Notes under the pieces: generated by a model
Told to the model about the DNA's origin: nothing
The model's input: the letters and a program-made list of their open reading frames with translations, nothing else
The model's database searches: none
Shown here: positions 1 to 9,385 of the stretch, piece after piece
Numbering within the stretch: the first letter of the stretch is position 1
How the letters are laid out: the number at the start of each line of letters is the position of its first letter
DNA from: Candidatus Saccharimonadota bacterium
GTDB taxonomy: Bacteria; Pseudomonadota; Gammaproteobacteria; Johnevansiales; Johnevansiaceae
Direction of reading: 5' to 3'
DNA: 32,000 nucleotides
NCBI RefSeq assembly: GCF_000300075.1
Contig: NC_018677.1
Span: 240,001 to 272,000 of the forward strand
Position numbers and translations under genes: made by a program

Positions 1-170
1 ACTATCATTTTAATTAACCTAATAAAAATTTCTCCTAATGGTTGTAAAACGTTTATAAGTACCCAAGATTTAATATAGTTGTTTTGATGTAATATTAAAC
101 CTGTAATTATTCCAAAACATAAACCTATTATTATTTTTAATGCCAAATTTTTTGATTGAATTATTTTCAT
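1..170 (-). CDS. gltP: Glutamate/aspartate:cation symporter (DAACS family). Only the first 56 codons are present; the gene runs off the left edge.
   Basis: The reverse complement of 1-170 starts at ATG (168-170) and reads MKIIQSKNLALKIIIGLCFGIITGLILHQNNYIKSWVLINVLQPLGEIFIRLIKMIV without a stop. The pattern N.L.P.G.IFI.LIKMIV matches my recollection of the E. coli GltP N-terminus better than DctA. It is absent from the ORF track because it is truncated. Confidence 0.6.
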   Translation of the reverse strand, partial: MKIIQSKNLALKIIIGLCFGIITGLILHQNNYIKSWVLINVLQPLGEIFIRLIKMI

Positions 171-299
171 TTTTTTCTAATTCTTTTTTTTTTATATTAT
201 GCTTTTAAGAGTATTATACACAAAAACAAATCATATTTTAATAATTCCGCTAATAAAGTTTTTTTTGTATTGTCTTTTAAATAATTATACAGATTGTAG

Positions 300-2826
300 T
301 TAGAATTTAAACTAACTAGGGTCTGATTTGTATTTATTCATTAAGTTGTAAAATTTTATTGTATTTATTACTTTTAATTTATAAGTGTTGATCGTTACTG
401 TGTTTTTTACTTCCTTTTTATAGTTTTATTTTTGTTTTGCTCTATGTTTTTTATTGCTGTTATTTTGTTGTTATTTCTGCTTCTTTTGTTTATCTTTTTA
501 TTTGTTATATTTATATTGTTATTGTTATTGTATTTGTAGTTGTAGTTGTAGTATCCGTTTGTTAGTATTTGTTTCATGTTATTATCTTGTTGATGTTATT
601 AGTTAGGTTCTTGGCTTTTTATTAGTTGTTGATATTTTAAAAGTTTTTAGTATTTGTTTAGTTCAATTGATTAAAATATTTGTTGTTTTGTTTAATTGAT
701 GTTTATAGTATTTTGTTTATAGGTGTTAGTTAAAGTTAAGATTAAAGTTTATATTAGTTTTTTTTGTTTTAAAACCTGTACAGTTATACAGTATTATAAA
801 GAATTTAAAAGTTTTTATTTTTAGCTGGTAGTTTATTTGTTATTAGTTTGTTATAAGAGGTTTTGTTATTAGTTTGTTTTATATTATTTAAAGATTAAAG
901 ATGTTTTGTTATTAGTTTAAAAGTTTTTAGATGTTTAATCTATATGTTATATAGTAAAAAAAATGTAGTTATTTTGTTGTTCTGTTATTAAATTTTAGAA
1001 GTTAGTAGTAGTAGTTATGTTGTTAGATATATGTAGTTATTTAAAAACTATTGTTGTTAAATATTAATTTGTATTAAGTTTATGTTATTTATTTATTTTT
1101 GTTTGTTTTATTATTCTGTTATTTGTTACTTAGTAGATAGTTGTAGTTATTTGTTTATTTGTAGTTAAAGGTTTAATGAACTATTGGTAGTTAGTTGTGT
1201 TTTTTTTTTTTTTTTTAAGACTTTGTTAAACAAAAAGACGCTAATATTTGTATTGTATAGACTAATGTATTTTGTTGTTGTTTGCTGTTGGCTGTTGATT
1301 ATTTATTTAATATGTGATGTGTAGTTTTTTATTGTTAGGTGGTTAAACTTATTTGTGCTAGTTGTTTATCTGTTGAATATTGATATGCATTTTTTTTTGT
1401 TTGTTTTGTAAACTGTTTACTGTTATTCTTGATATGTAATTGGTTTTATCTTTTGTAAGGTCTATTATGTATTTTTATATGTTTTTTAAAAAACAAATAA
1501 TTTATTGTTTGCTGTTGATTTTAATATATTTATTGTAAGGTTTTAGGTGTAGTGATATGCCTTTGTTTTTTTTTTTAGGTGTTGCTTTTTATGTGATGTT
1601 GTAAATTGTGTAATAAGTGAGATACTTTATCATATGCAATAATTTTGTATATTGTTATAATTTGTTAAAAAGATTTGTTGGGAGAGTTGAGATGGAAGAT
1701 GCTTAGTTAAAAGTTGTAAATTTGAATGTTGTAAGATACTGTGTTAAAAGTTTAATAATATTTTATATAAAGTGTAAGTTGTTTTGTTGTGAGCTGTGAG
1801 CGTTTAGTTGTTAATTTTTTAGAGTTTAGAGTTTTGTGTTGTTGTGGTTATTTGTTAGAGTTTTAAATCGTTGATTTTATCTGTTAGTTATTGTTTAGAG
1901 ATTTTGGGTTTTGAGGTTTCTTTTAAGATTTAAGCGGTTGCTTTTTTGAGTTTTTTTTTGTTAGTTATAGGTTATAATTGTTATTTAAATCTGTTAGTTA
2001 TTGTTTGTTATAGGTTATTTTTTAGTAATTAGAGTTTGCTTTAAAGTTTAAAGATTAAAGATTTTTGTTTTTTATCTGTTAGAGGTTTTTTTTAGATTTT
2101 AGATATTATCTGCTTGCGGTTATAGTTTTAATTTTAGATATTTAGTTATTAGAGGTTATCTGTTGATGTTAGAGGTTATGTTTTGTGGTTAGATTATTAG
2201 ATATTTTTTGTTTGTATGTTTTTTACTATTTACTTTGTAAATATTTTTGTTATATATTTAACAATATGTTGTATTTTTGAGTTTATATGTAGTATAGTAG
2301 TGTGTTGTATAAATAAGAAATAGTTTATTAGAGGTTTGTTTGTTAGATATTAGAAGTTAGAGTTTTTGTTTTTTAGAGGTTAGCTTAAAGAGTTTTGAGT
2401 TTTGATGTTTGTTGTTTAGATAAAAGATGTGTTTTTAATTAGATGTTAGATGTGATTTGTTTTTTATTAGATGTTTAATTATTAGAACTTTGTTTCTTGA
2501 TTCTTGATTTTAGAATTTAGAATTTAGAGGTTAGAGTTGTTAGGTTAGAGGTTTGTTTTTTAGATGTTTATTTAAAGATGTTAGTGGTTATGTTTTGTGG
2601 TTAGAGTTTTTTATAGTTGCTTGTTTTTTAGATTTTAGATTTTAGAGCTTAGTTATTAGATGTTGCTTAAATTAGATGTTAGATGAGATTGTTAGATGTG
2701 ATTTTTAGATGTTATATATTTGAATTGTTTTATTGTTTTATTATTTGAGTTTTTAAGTTAATATCTTAAGCACTTAAGAGTTTAAGATAAGAGTTGAATG
2801 TAAGGGTTTAATTTTTTAACATTGTA
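300..2826. other. C-depleted (G+T-rich on + strand) non-coding arm, the left arm of the gltP-metF spacer.
   Basis: Hand counts of 60-nt lines give G 12 / C 1 for 961-1020 and G 8 / C 1 for 1021-1080. There are no long ORFs. The arm has dense TTAGAGGTT / TTAGATGTT / ATCTGTTAG motifs, short tandem runs (e.g. 530-555 TTGTTA/TTGTAG units) and a T17 run at 1200-1216. Boundaries are +/-50 nt. Confidence 0.85.
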
Positions 2827-2849
2827 AAATAAAAAGCAGTCGTTAATAC

Positions 2850-3900
2850 ATAACAATATACTCCTCTAATATCAACAACCTACAACCTACAACCTACAAC
2901 CACAAACCACAAACCATCAAATAAACATCTAACCATCTTATTTAATCATATAACATAACATAACATAACATAATATAACTTATACAAAATCTAATTTACT
3001 TTCTTTTGTACAACTTATAACAACAAAAAGCCTTAAACATCTAACATAAAATAAAAGAAACATCTAATAACTAAGCTCTAAACAACAAAAAACAAATTTA
3101 AATAAGAAACAAACAACATAAAAACTCAAACTCTAAAACATAAAAACTACAAACTACAAACTCTAAACTCTAAACTCTAAAAAATAAACATCTAATAAAC
3201 AACATAAAATAGTATAGAGCATACAAAAGTATACCTATAAAAAAAGCAACCTCTAATAAATAATAAACAACCAAGAATAAATAATAAAAGCAAACATTTA
3301 ACTTCTAAAAAACAAAAACTCTAACATCCAATAAATAAACCTCTTAAAATTAAACCTACAACATCTACTTTAAAACACATCTTTTATCTTAATTTAATAA
3401 CATATAACAATTACATCTAAATAACTAATAAAAGAAACATCTAATAACTAACATCTAAAATCTAAAAAAACACCTCTAATAACTAACAGCTTTAATCTTT
3501 AAATCAACCTAAAACCTCTAACAAACAAATAACAGTTTTAAGCAACAAAACTCTAACAACATAAAAAAAACATCTAACAGATAAAAAATTAAAAACACCA
3601 AACATTAAACATTAAAACAACAAATAACCACAAAACATTAAACAAAACTCGATCCTCGAAAAAAAATTAAAACTAACAGCAAAAACTCTAAAAGAAAACT
3701 AAATTGTAACAAACAATAACTAACAGATTAAAGCAAACACCAAACAAAGCTCTAAACAAAACAACATCCAACAGATAAAAAAAAATAACAACAAAAACAC
3801 AAAATCAGAAAACATAACAACAGAACAGCTAATACATAAAAATAACAAAAAATACAAGAATAAAAAAAAAACAATAAAAACTAAAAGAATAATAAAAAGA
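2850..3900. other. G-depleted (A+C-rich on + strand) non-coding arm, the right arm of the gltP-metF spacer.
   Basis: Line 3061-3120 has G 2 / C 11 by hand count. The motifs are reverse complements of those in the left arm (AACCTCTAA, CATCTAA, CTAACAG). Microsatellites include (CAACCTA)3 and (CACAAAC)2 at about 2878-2915, (ACATA)5 at about 2950-2975, and (CAAACTA)/(CTCTAAA) runs at about 3150-3185. Confidence 0.85.
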
Positions 3901-3908
3901 AGAAAAAG

Positions 3909-4739
3909 ATGAAAAAAAATGAAGTAGAAATAAGTTTCGAGATGTTTCCACAAAAAGAGCATTATAAAACAAAAGTTTTTATAAAAAAAATAAAACAGTT
4001 ATATAAAAAAAAAGATATAAAATTTTGTTCAATTACATATGGAGCTGGAGGATCAAACAAAAAAAATACGCTTGAGATTATAAAAAATATAAAAAAACAA
4101 AAAATAGAATGCGTACCACATTTAGCTTGTATTACAACGAAAGAAAAAGACTTAATAAAAACTTTAAAAAGTTATAAAAAAATAGGGATAAAAAAAATAT
4201 TAGCACTAAGAGGTGACATCAAAACAAACACAAAAACAAAGTTTATAAATTCACTAGATCTATTAACATTAATAAAGAAAAATTTTTATAAAAACTTTGA
4301 AGTGATAGTAACAGCTTATCCAGAAATGCACCCCAACACTATAAGTTTTGAAAAAGAAGTTTGCTTTGTTATAAAAAAATTCATGTTTGGAGCCAATAAA
4401 GCAATTACACAATATTTTTATGATCCAGATTCATATTTTTATTTTGTAGAGAAAGTTAGAAAATATGGTGTTGAAAAGCATATAATTCCAGGCATAATGC
4501 CTATAAGTAATGTAAACAACTTAATAAATTTTTCAAAAAAATGTGGTGCTAATATTCCAAAATGGATATATAAAAAATTAGAATTTTGTAAAACTGACAA
4601 TGACATAGAACATATCGGTAACGATATTGTTATTAAATTATGTGAAACATTAATAAAAGGTGGTGCCCCAGGTTTACATTTTTATACACTAAATAAATTA
4701 GAACCAACATTAAATATTTTAAATTCATTAATAACATAA
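3909..4739 (+). CDS. metF: 5,10-methylenetetrahydrofolate reductase
   Basis: Full-length 276-aa ORF. Segments ISFEMFP, SITYGAGGS, PHLACI, LALRGD, TAYPEMHP, GANKAITQYFYD, IIPGIMPI and HFYTLN are colinear with E. coli MetF as I recall it. Confidence 0.9.
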   Translation: MKKNEVEISFEMFPQKEHYKTKVFIKKIKQLYKKKDIKFCSITYGAGGSNKKNTLEIIKNIKKQKIECVPHLACITTKEKDLIKTLKSYKKIGIKKILALRGDIKTNTKTKFINSLDLLTLIKKNFYKNFEVIVTAYPEMHPNTISFEKEVCFVIKKFMFGANKAITQYFYDPDSYFYFVEKVRKYGVEKHIIPGIMPISNVNNLINFSKKCGANIPKWIYKKLEFCKTDNDIEHIGNDIVIKLCETLIKGGAPGLHFYTLNKLEPTLNILNSLIT

Positions 4740-4740
4740 A

Positions 4741-6094
4741 TTATTTGCCTAAATAACGTAAAGCTTTTCCATTCATTATTTTTTTTTCTATTTGCTCCAA
4801 TGAAATACCTTTTGTTTCTGGTATTACAAATATAGTAAAAAAGATAAAAGCTATATTAGCTAATGCTAATAAACTAAAAGTAAGTGGTCCACCAATTTAA
4901 CTTAGTATAGTTAAAAAGAACGTTCCAAGTAACATATTAGCTAACCAATTGTCAATTGGCTATTGGCTATTGGCTATTGTTGAACAACTTATTCCAAATT
5001 ATCGTCCATACAATTGTTGTATTTCTGCACATAAAATCCAAATTATAGGGCCAGCTGACATAGCAAAACCAGCAACAAAGATTAATAACGAAAATATAGA
5101 TAAAAATTGTATAAAGTGTAATGTGCGTGTGTATAAAATTAAACTTAATAATGCAATTCCTATAGCCATAATAGTAAAACAAAAATATAAAATGGGTTTT
5201 ATACCTACTTTATCTACTAATATAATAGCGACTATTGTTGATAAAACGTTAACTAAACCAACAGTTAAAGTACTTAACAATTGCGGTTTAGTTCCTGTAA
5301 AACCATAAAATTCAAAAATTTTAGGAGAAAAGTATATCAAAACGTTCATGCCTGTCAATTGCTGTATAAATTGTAAAAAAATGCCTTTAAGTACAGATCT
5401 ACGAAAGTTAATATTTTTTTTAAAAGAAATTAAATCCAAAGCTTTTATTTTAAAAATTGATGCTGTTAAAATTTTCGTTAAGTTCATTATTAACTTCAAA
5501 CTTAGATGCTCTTAAATTGTGTAAAAGTTTTATGGCTTCACGGTTTTTATTTGTAGAAGCTAGCCATCTAGGGCTAGCAGGAATTAATAATATGCAAAAA
5601 AATAAAAGTATTGAAGGAACAATTAAGAGTTCTAACATACTTCTCCAATTTTGTAAATAACTTTAAATAAGTTTTGATATTAAAGCCAAAAGTGTTCACA
5701 TCGTAACCATAAATTGATATAAGGATATTGTCATTCCTCTAATACTTTTTTGAGTTATTTCTGCTAAATATAAAGGAGCAGTAAATGATGCCGAGCCCAC
5801 AGATTAACCAATTATTATACGAGCGATAATTGATATTTTTGTAGAATTTGCAAATACTGTTAGTACCGCACCTACAACATAATATGTTGAACTAAGTAAT
5901 AATGATCTTTTTATACCAGTTGTTTGTGATACAATACAATACAATACAATACAAGTATATAATGCGCAAATATAAGCTCCCCAAATCATAGAGCCTACTA
6001 TACAACCCGCAATGTTAGTAGATAAATTTAATACGTTTGTAAAAAAAGGTAAAGAACCTGAAATAACACCTATATCAATTCAAAAAAAATACAT
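4741..6094 (-). pseudogene. MFS sugar:H+ symporter (GalP/AraE/XylE-like), inactivated.
   Basis: The minus-strand translation is colinear with GalP (IDIGVISGSLPF, GIKRSLLL, TAPLYLAEI..IRG, PASPRWL, NFRRSV, QQLTGMNV, FAMSAGPIIWILCAEIQ, IDNWLANM, PETKGISLEQIE). It is interrupted by at least 7 in-frame stops: TGA at 6080-6082 and 5696-5698, TAA at 5804-5806, 5663-5665 and 4996-4998, plus a TAG and a TAA further 3'. There is one frameshift near 5450-5470. The N-terminal TM1 region is missing. Microsatellite insertions are (GGCTATT)3 at about 4958-4980 and (ACAAT)4+ at 5931-5955. Confidence 0.85.
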
Positions 6095-6119
6095 AATAAA
6101 AAATATACAACAAAAAAGA

Positions 6120-6480
6120 AAGAACAAAAGGTACGATTTTAGTAAAGTTGTTTGAAAAATTGGTTTAATGAGAAAAAAAAATGTAAATTAGTAGTGGAAA
6201 AGAAATGGTTGTATAAAAAAGTGAAAGTAAGGAGAGAAAGGTTAAGTTCATTGCTGTAATAGTAGAAGAAAAGAAGGTTGACAGTTTAGTTTTTAAAAGG
6301 TATAAGTTTTGTTACGGTAGTATGGTAGATATTATAGATTTTGTTTTCTATTTTAGTTTTAGCAATTATGTTGATTTTGTTTTTGTTAATGATTAATAGT
6401 TTCTGTTGTGGTTTAGTGGATTGCTCATTATGTCTTTTTGTGGACTTTTTGTTTTGTGGTTTATGTGTGAAAAAGTTTAA
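6120..6480. other. Short C-depleted (G+A/G+T-rich) spacer segment between the transporter pseudogene and zwf.
   Basis: By eye, 6120-6300 is purine-rich and 6300-6480 is G+T-rich, with very few C. The two ORFs in the track here (6286-6498 -, 6341-6556 +) are low-complexity. Confidence 0.6.
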
Positions 6481-6547
6481 CATAGAACTAATCTCCATAA
6501 TCTTTATTATTTTAGATAATTATAATATAATAATATTTATTTTTTTT

Positions 6548-6552
6548 AGGAG
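6548..6552 (+). promoter_or_regulatory. Shine-Dalgarno-like AGGAG upstream of zwf.
   Basis: AGGAG lies at 6548-6552. ATG codons follow at 6553, 6556 and 6562. Only 6562 has conventional spacing (9 nt), so the true zwf start may be 6562. Confidence 0.45.
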
Positions 6553-7932
6553 ATGATGTTTATGAAAATAATTGTAAAGAATATAACAAGTTTAAGTTTA
6601 ATCATGTTTGGGGCATTAGGAGATTTAGCATTAAGAAAATTATATAATTCACTATTTATATTATATAAAAAGAATATAATAAATAAAAAAATTAATATTT
6701 TATGTTTAGCACGAAAAGTTGAAACATTAAACACATTTAGATATACCATTTATAAAAGATTAATCAAAGCTAACTATATTAACAATAAAAGAGATTTAGT
6801 AAAACTTATTAACTTTATAAACTGTTTATATTATTTAAACATAGATTTTACTACTCTAACACATTTTAAATTCATAAAGAACCAGAACCAGAACCAGAAC
6901 CTAAAAAATAACTTATCAAAATTAGTTTACTTTGCAGTATCTAGCAACATATTTAAAATAATATGTAAATATCTGAATTTAAATAAACAGTTAACAAAAA
7001 CAGCTAAAATCATATTAGAAAAACCCATCGGCTGTAATTTAAAAAGTTCAATAAATATAAATAATTATATTAACAATATTTATTTTGAAAGATCTATTTT
7101 TCGTATAGATCATTATTTAGGAAAAAGACAAGTAAAAAATTTATTGTCTTTAAGATTTTTAAATCCTGTTTTTTATATGTTATGGAAGAAAAAATACATT
7201 ACACATATTGTTATCAATTTAGCAGAACATTTAGGTATTGAAGACAGGTGGGGATATTTTGATAAAACAGGCCAATTACGAGATATGGTACAAAATCATT
7301 TAATACAATTATTATCGATGATAACTATTTGCATACCAAAAACAAAACAAATTAGTGTAAAAAATATATATAAAGAAAAAATTAAAATATTAAAAGATTT
7401 AAATAATAGTTTTTTAACGGTTGATATAAAGTATGGGCAATACATTTCAAACAAATTTAAAAACAAAATTTTTAATGGATATCTTGAAGAAAAAAATTCA
7501 AATAAAAATTCATCAACGGAAACATTTATTTATATAAAAACAAAAATAAATAATTTTCATTGGTATGGTATTCCTTTTTTTTTAATGTCAGGAAAAAGGT
7601 TAAAACAAAAATTATCACAAATAAAAATATATTTAAAAAAAAATAGTTTGAATAATGACTTAAATAATAAATTGATTATTAATTTACAACCCAAAGAAGA
7701 TATAAATTTAAATAAGTTCAAAATAAAGCAAATGTCTTTAAATAAGAATAACTACTTAGATTCATATGATTTTTTAATTTTAGAGGTTATAAAAGGAAAA
7801 CAAGATTGGTTTGTTAGCAAAGAAGAAATAGATTATTCATGGAGGTGGATAGATAAAGTTATACATATTTGGAAACAAAAAAATATTCCTATATTTTATT
7901 ATAAATCTTTTACATGGGGTCCTATTGGTTAA
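6553..7932 (+). CDS. zwf: Glucose-6-phosphate 1-dehydrogenase
   Basis: 459-aa ORF with MFGALGDLALRKL (the GAxGDLAxRK dinucleotide motif), EKPIG, RIDHYLGK (active-site motif) and MVQNHLIQLL. It contains an in-frame (AACCAG)3.7 microsatellite at 6880-6901 encoding NQNQNQN. Confidence 0.9.
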   Translation: MMFMKIIVKNITSLSLIMFGALGDLALRKLYNSLFILYKKNIINKKINILCLARKVETLNTFRYTIYKRLIKANYINNKRDLVKLINFINCLYYLNIDFTTLTHFKFIKNQNQNQNLKNNLSKLVYFAVSSNIFKIICKYLNLNKQLTKTAKIILEKPIGCNLKSSININNYINNIYFERSIFRIDHYLGKRQVKNLLSLRFLNPVFYMLWKKKYITHIVINLAEHLGIEDRWGYFDKTGQLRDMVQNHLIQLLSMITICIPKTKQISVKNIYKEKIKILKDLNNSFLTVDIKYGQYISNKFKNKIFNGYLEEKNSNKNSSTETFIYIKTKINNFHWYGIPFFLMSGKRLKQKLSQIKIYLKKNSLNNDLNNKLIINLQPKEDINLNKFKIKQMSLNKNNYLDSYDFLILEVIKGKQDWFVSKEEIDYSWRWIDKVIHIWKQKNIPIFYYKSFTWGPIG

Positions 7933-8900
7933 AGTTTGTTATTAAACAAAGCATCAGCTGACCCTAATAAACCTATCCATTTAGATTTAACTAACCAAGT
8001 TGAAATTTCTTTATTATAAAAACTCATTCTTCCTTTATTGTCAAAAGAATTACGAAAATCACTATTATCTAAGATTTTTATGATTCTAGGTAATATTCCT
8101 CCACATAAATACACTCCTCCTTTAGCTCCTAAAGTTAACGCCATATCACCTGTTACATGACCTAATAGTTTACAAAACATCAAAATAGTTTTATATGCTA
8201 AAGGATCGTTTTTTTTTAAAGCTGCTTTTGTAATGGCATCAGGCGTTGTTAAAACATTATAAGAGTGGTTAATATAATAATTAACATGTGCATAATATAA
8301 ATCTACTATTCCTTGTCCACAAAGTATGCGTTCAATAGAAACACGCTTATAATTATTTTGAAACCAATTTAAAATATATACTTCAAAGTTATCAATTGGC
8401 GCAAAACTGATATGACCCCCTTCCCCAGAAAATGGGATCCATGAATTTTTAGTATGAATTAAACCGGCAATTCCTAATCCAGTTCCAGGTCCTATTAAAA
8501 TTTTATTACTATTATTATTAGTTTTTCCGTATCCAAGTTTATACAAATCTTTTGCTTGAATATGAGTCAACCCTAAGGCTATCGCAGTAAAATCGTTGAT
8601 TATTTTTAACTTTTGTAAGTTCAGTTTATGTTTTAATTCATATTTTGCTATTGTCCAAGAATTATTTGTCATTTTTATAAAATTAGAGTAAACAGGACAA
8701 GCAAACGCTAAACAAGCTTGTTTAGGATAATCACAACCAACTAAAGAAATATATTGTTTTATAACTTCATAAACATTTAGATAATTAATACATTTAAATA
8801 TTTTTATTTTATATAATTTTAATTGATTTGTTGATACTAAAGCTAAAGCTAAACGAACATTCGTTCCGCCTATATCACCTACTAATGCTAAATGATTCAT
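7929..8900 (-). CDS. glk: Glucokinase
   Basis: 323-aa ORF. LVGDIGGTNVRLALA, INDFTAIALG, GPGTGLG, GEGGHISFAP, ERILCGQG and LCGGILPR are colinear with E. coli Glk. Its stop codon overlaps the zwf stop (TTAA at 7929-7932). Confidence 0.9.
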   Translation of the reverse strand: MNHLALVGDIGGTNVRLALALVSTNQLKLYKIKIFKCINYLNVYEVIKQYISLVGCDYPKQACLAFACPVYSNFIKMTNNSWTIAKYELKHKLNLQKLKIINDFTAIALGLTHIQAKDLYKLGYGKTNNNSNKILIGPGTGLGIAGLIHTKNSWIPFSGEGGHISFAPIDNFEVYILNWFQNNYKRVSIERILCGQGIVDLYYAHVNYYINHSYNVLTTPDAITKAALKKNDPLAYKTILMFCKLLGHVTGDMALTLGAKGGVYLCGGILPRIIKILDNSDFRNSFDNKGRMSFYNKEISTWLVKSKWIGLLGSADALFNNKL

Positions 8901-8905
8901 ATATG

Positions 8906-9361
8906 TTATCCTTTTTGTTTGTTTGATAAATTATCTATTAATAACTTACCATTTAAATGATCTATCTCATGTTGTATACATTGTGAAAGTAAACCAGAAG
9001 CATTTATAATAAATTTATTACCATTTATATCTATTGCTTTTATAATAATATTAATAGATCTATAAATATATTCAAAATAATTAGGTATAGACAAGCACCC
9101 TTCTTTGACTTTTTTATATGTTGTACTTACATAGATATATTTTGGATTAATTATTATTAATGGTTGATTAGAATTTTTACTAATGTCCATAACAAAGATT
9201 CTGATATGTTTGTTTATTTGTGTAGCTGCTAATCCAATGCCGTTATGTGCGTACATAGTATTTAGCATTTTAAAGATTAAAGTTCTTATCTTATAATTTA
9301 TAAGTTTAATTGGTTTGGCTATAAATTTAAGACGTTTATCTGGGTATTTTAAAATATTCAT
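8906..9361 (-). CDS. def: Peptide deformylase
   Basis: All three PDF motifs are present: GIGLAATQ, EGCLSIP and QHEIDHLNG. I place the start at MNILKYPDKRL (ATG at 9359-9361) by alignment to E. coli Def. The 23-codon upstream extension in the ORF track (to 9430) would overlap aroE and has no homology. Confidence 0.88.
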   Translation of the reverse strand: MNILKYPDKRLKFIAKPIKLINYKIRTLIFKMLNTMYAHNGIGLAATQINKHIRIFVMDISKNSNQPLIIINPKYIYVSTTYKKVKEGCLSIPNYFEYIYRSINIIIKAIDINGNKFIINASGLLSQCIQHEIDHLNGKLLIDNLSNKQKG

Positions 9362-9385
9362 ATACTTTGATAGGTTATTAATAAA

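Noticed and set aside
2826-2850. The skew switch points (about 2830, 16950, 28900) could be a replication origin or terminus.
   Set aside because: There are three same-polarity switches within 32 kb, with reversions in between. I saw no DnaA-box (TTATCCACA) clusters and no dnaA, dnaN, gidA or dif-like context.
3640-3665. A small palindromic segment, CTCGATCCTCGA followed by an A-run, could be a terminator or operator.
   Set aside because: The stem is only about 4 bp and the flanking run is A, not T, on this strand. I saw no second copy. It is not distinguishable from chance.
300-3900. The recurring TTAGAGGTT / TTAGATGTT words could be a CRISPR array.
   Set aside because: The repeats are only about 9-20 nt, imperfect and irregularly spaced. 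No unique spacers of constant length are present, and no cas genes lie in the window.
3720-3962. ORFs from the six-frame track lie inside the skewed spacers: 3720-3962 -, 6286-6498 -, 6341-6556 +, 6546-6749 -, 17166-17399 -, 18922-19236 -, 27447-27650 +, 29095-29301 +, 30738-30968 -, 31124-31345 -.
   Set aside because: All are 60-105 aa of F/L/I/C/Y- or N/K/T-rich low complexity, as expected when a base-depleted strand happens to avoid stops. None has a recognisable motif or a ribosome-binding site. Several overlap real gene starts or run antisense to them.
4740-4760. I looked for rho-independent terminators after metF, glnS, cls/mgtE, aspS, tRNA-His and tRNA-Ser.
   Set aside because: I could not find any GC-rich hairpin followed by a T-tract at these 3' ends. 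The absence is noted in the findings rather than annotated as a feature.
4949-5308. ORFs run antisense to real genes: 4949-5308 +, 4967-5182 -, 5457-5660 +, 20822-21130 -, 21428-21655 -, 21983-22165 -, 22377-22814 +, 24308-24514 -, 26662-26850 -, 26893-27087 -.
   Set aside because: Each lies fully within, or opposite to, a CDS or pseudogene that has strong homology in another frame. None has homology or motifs of its own.
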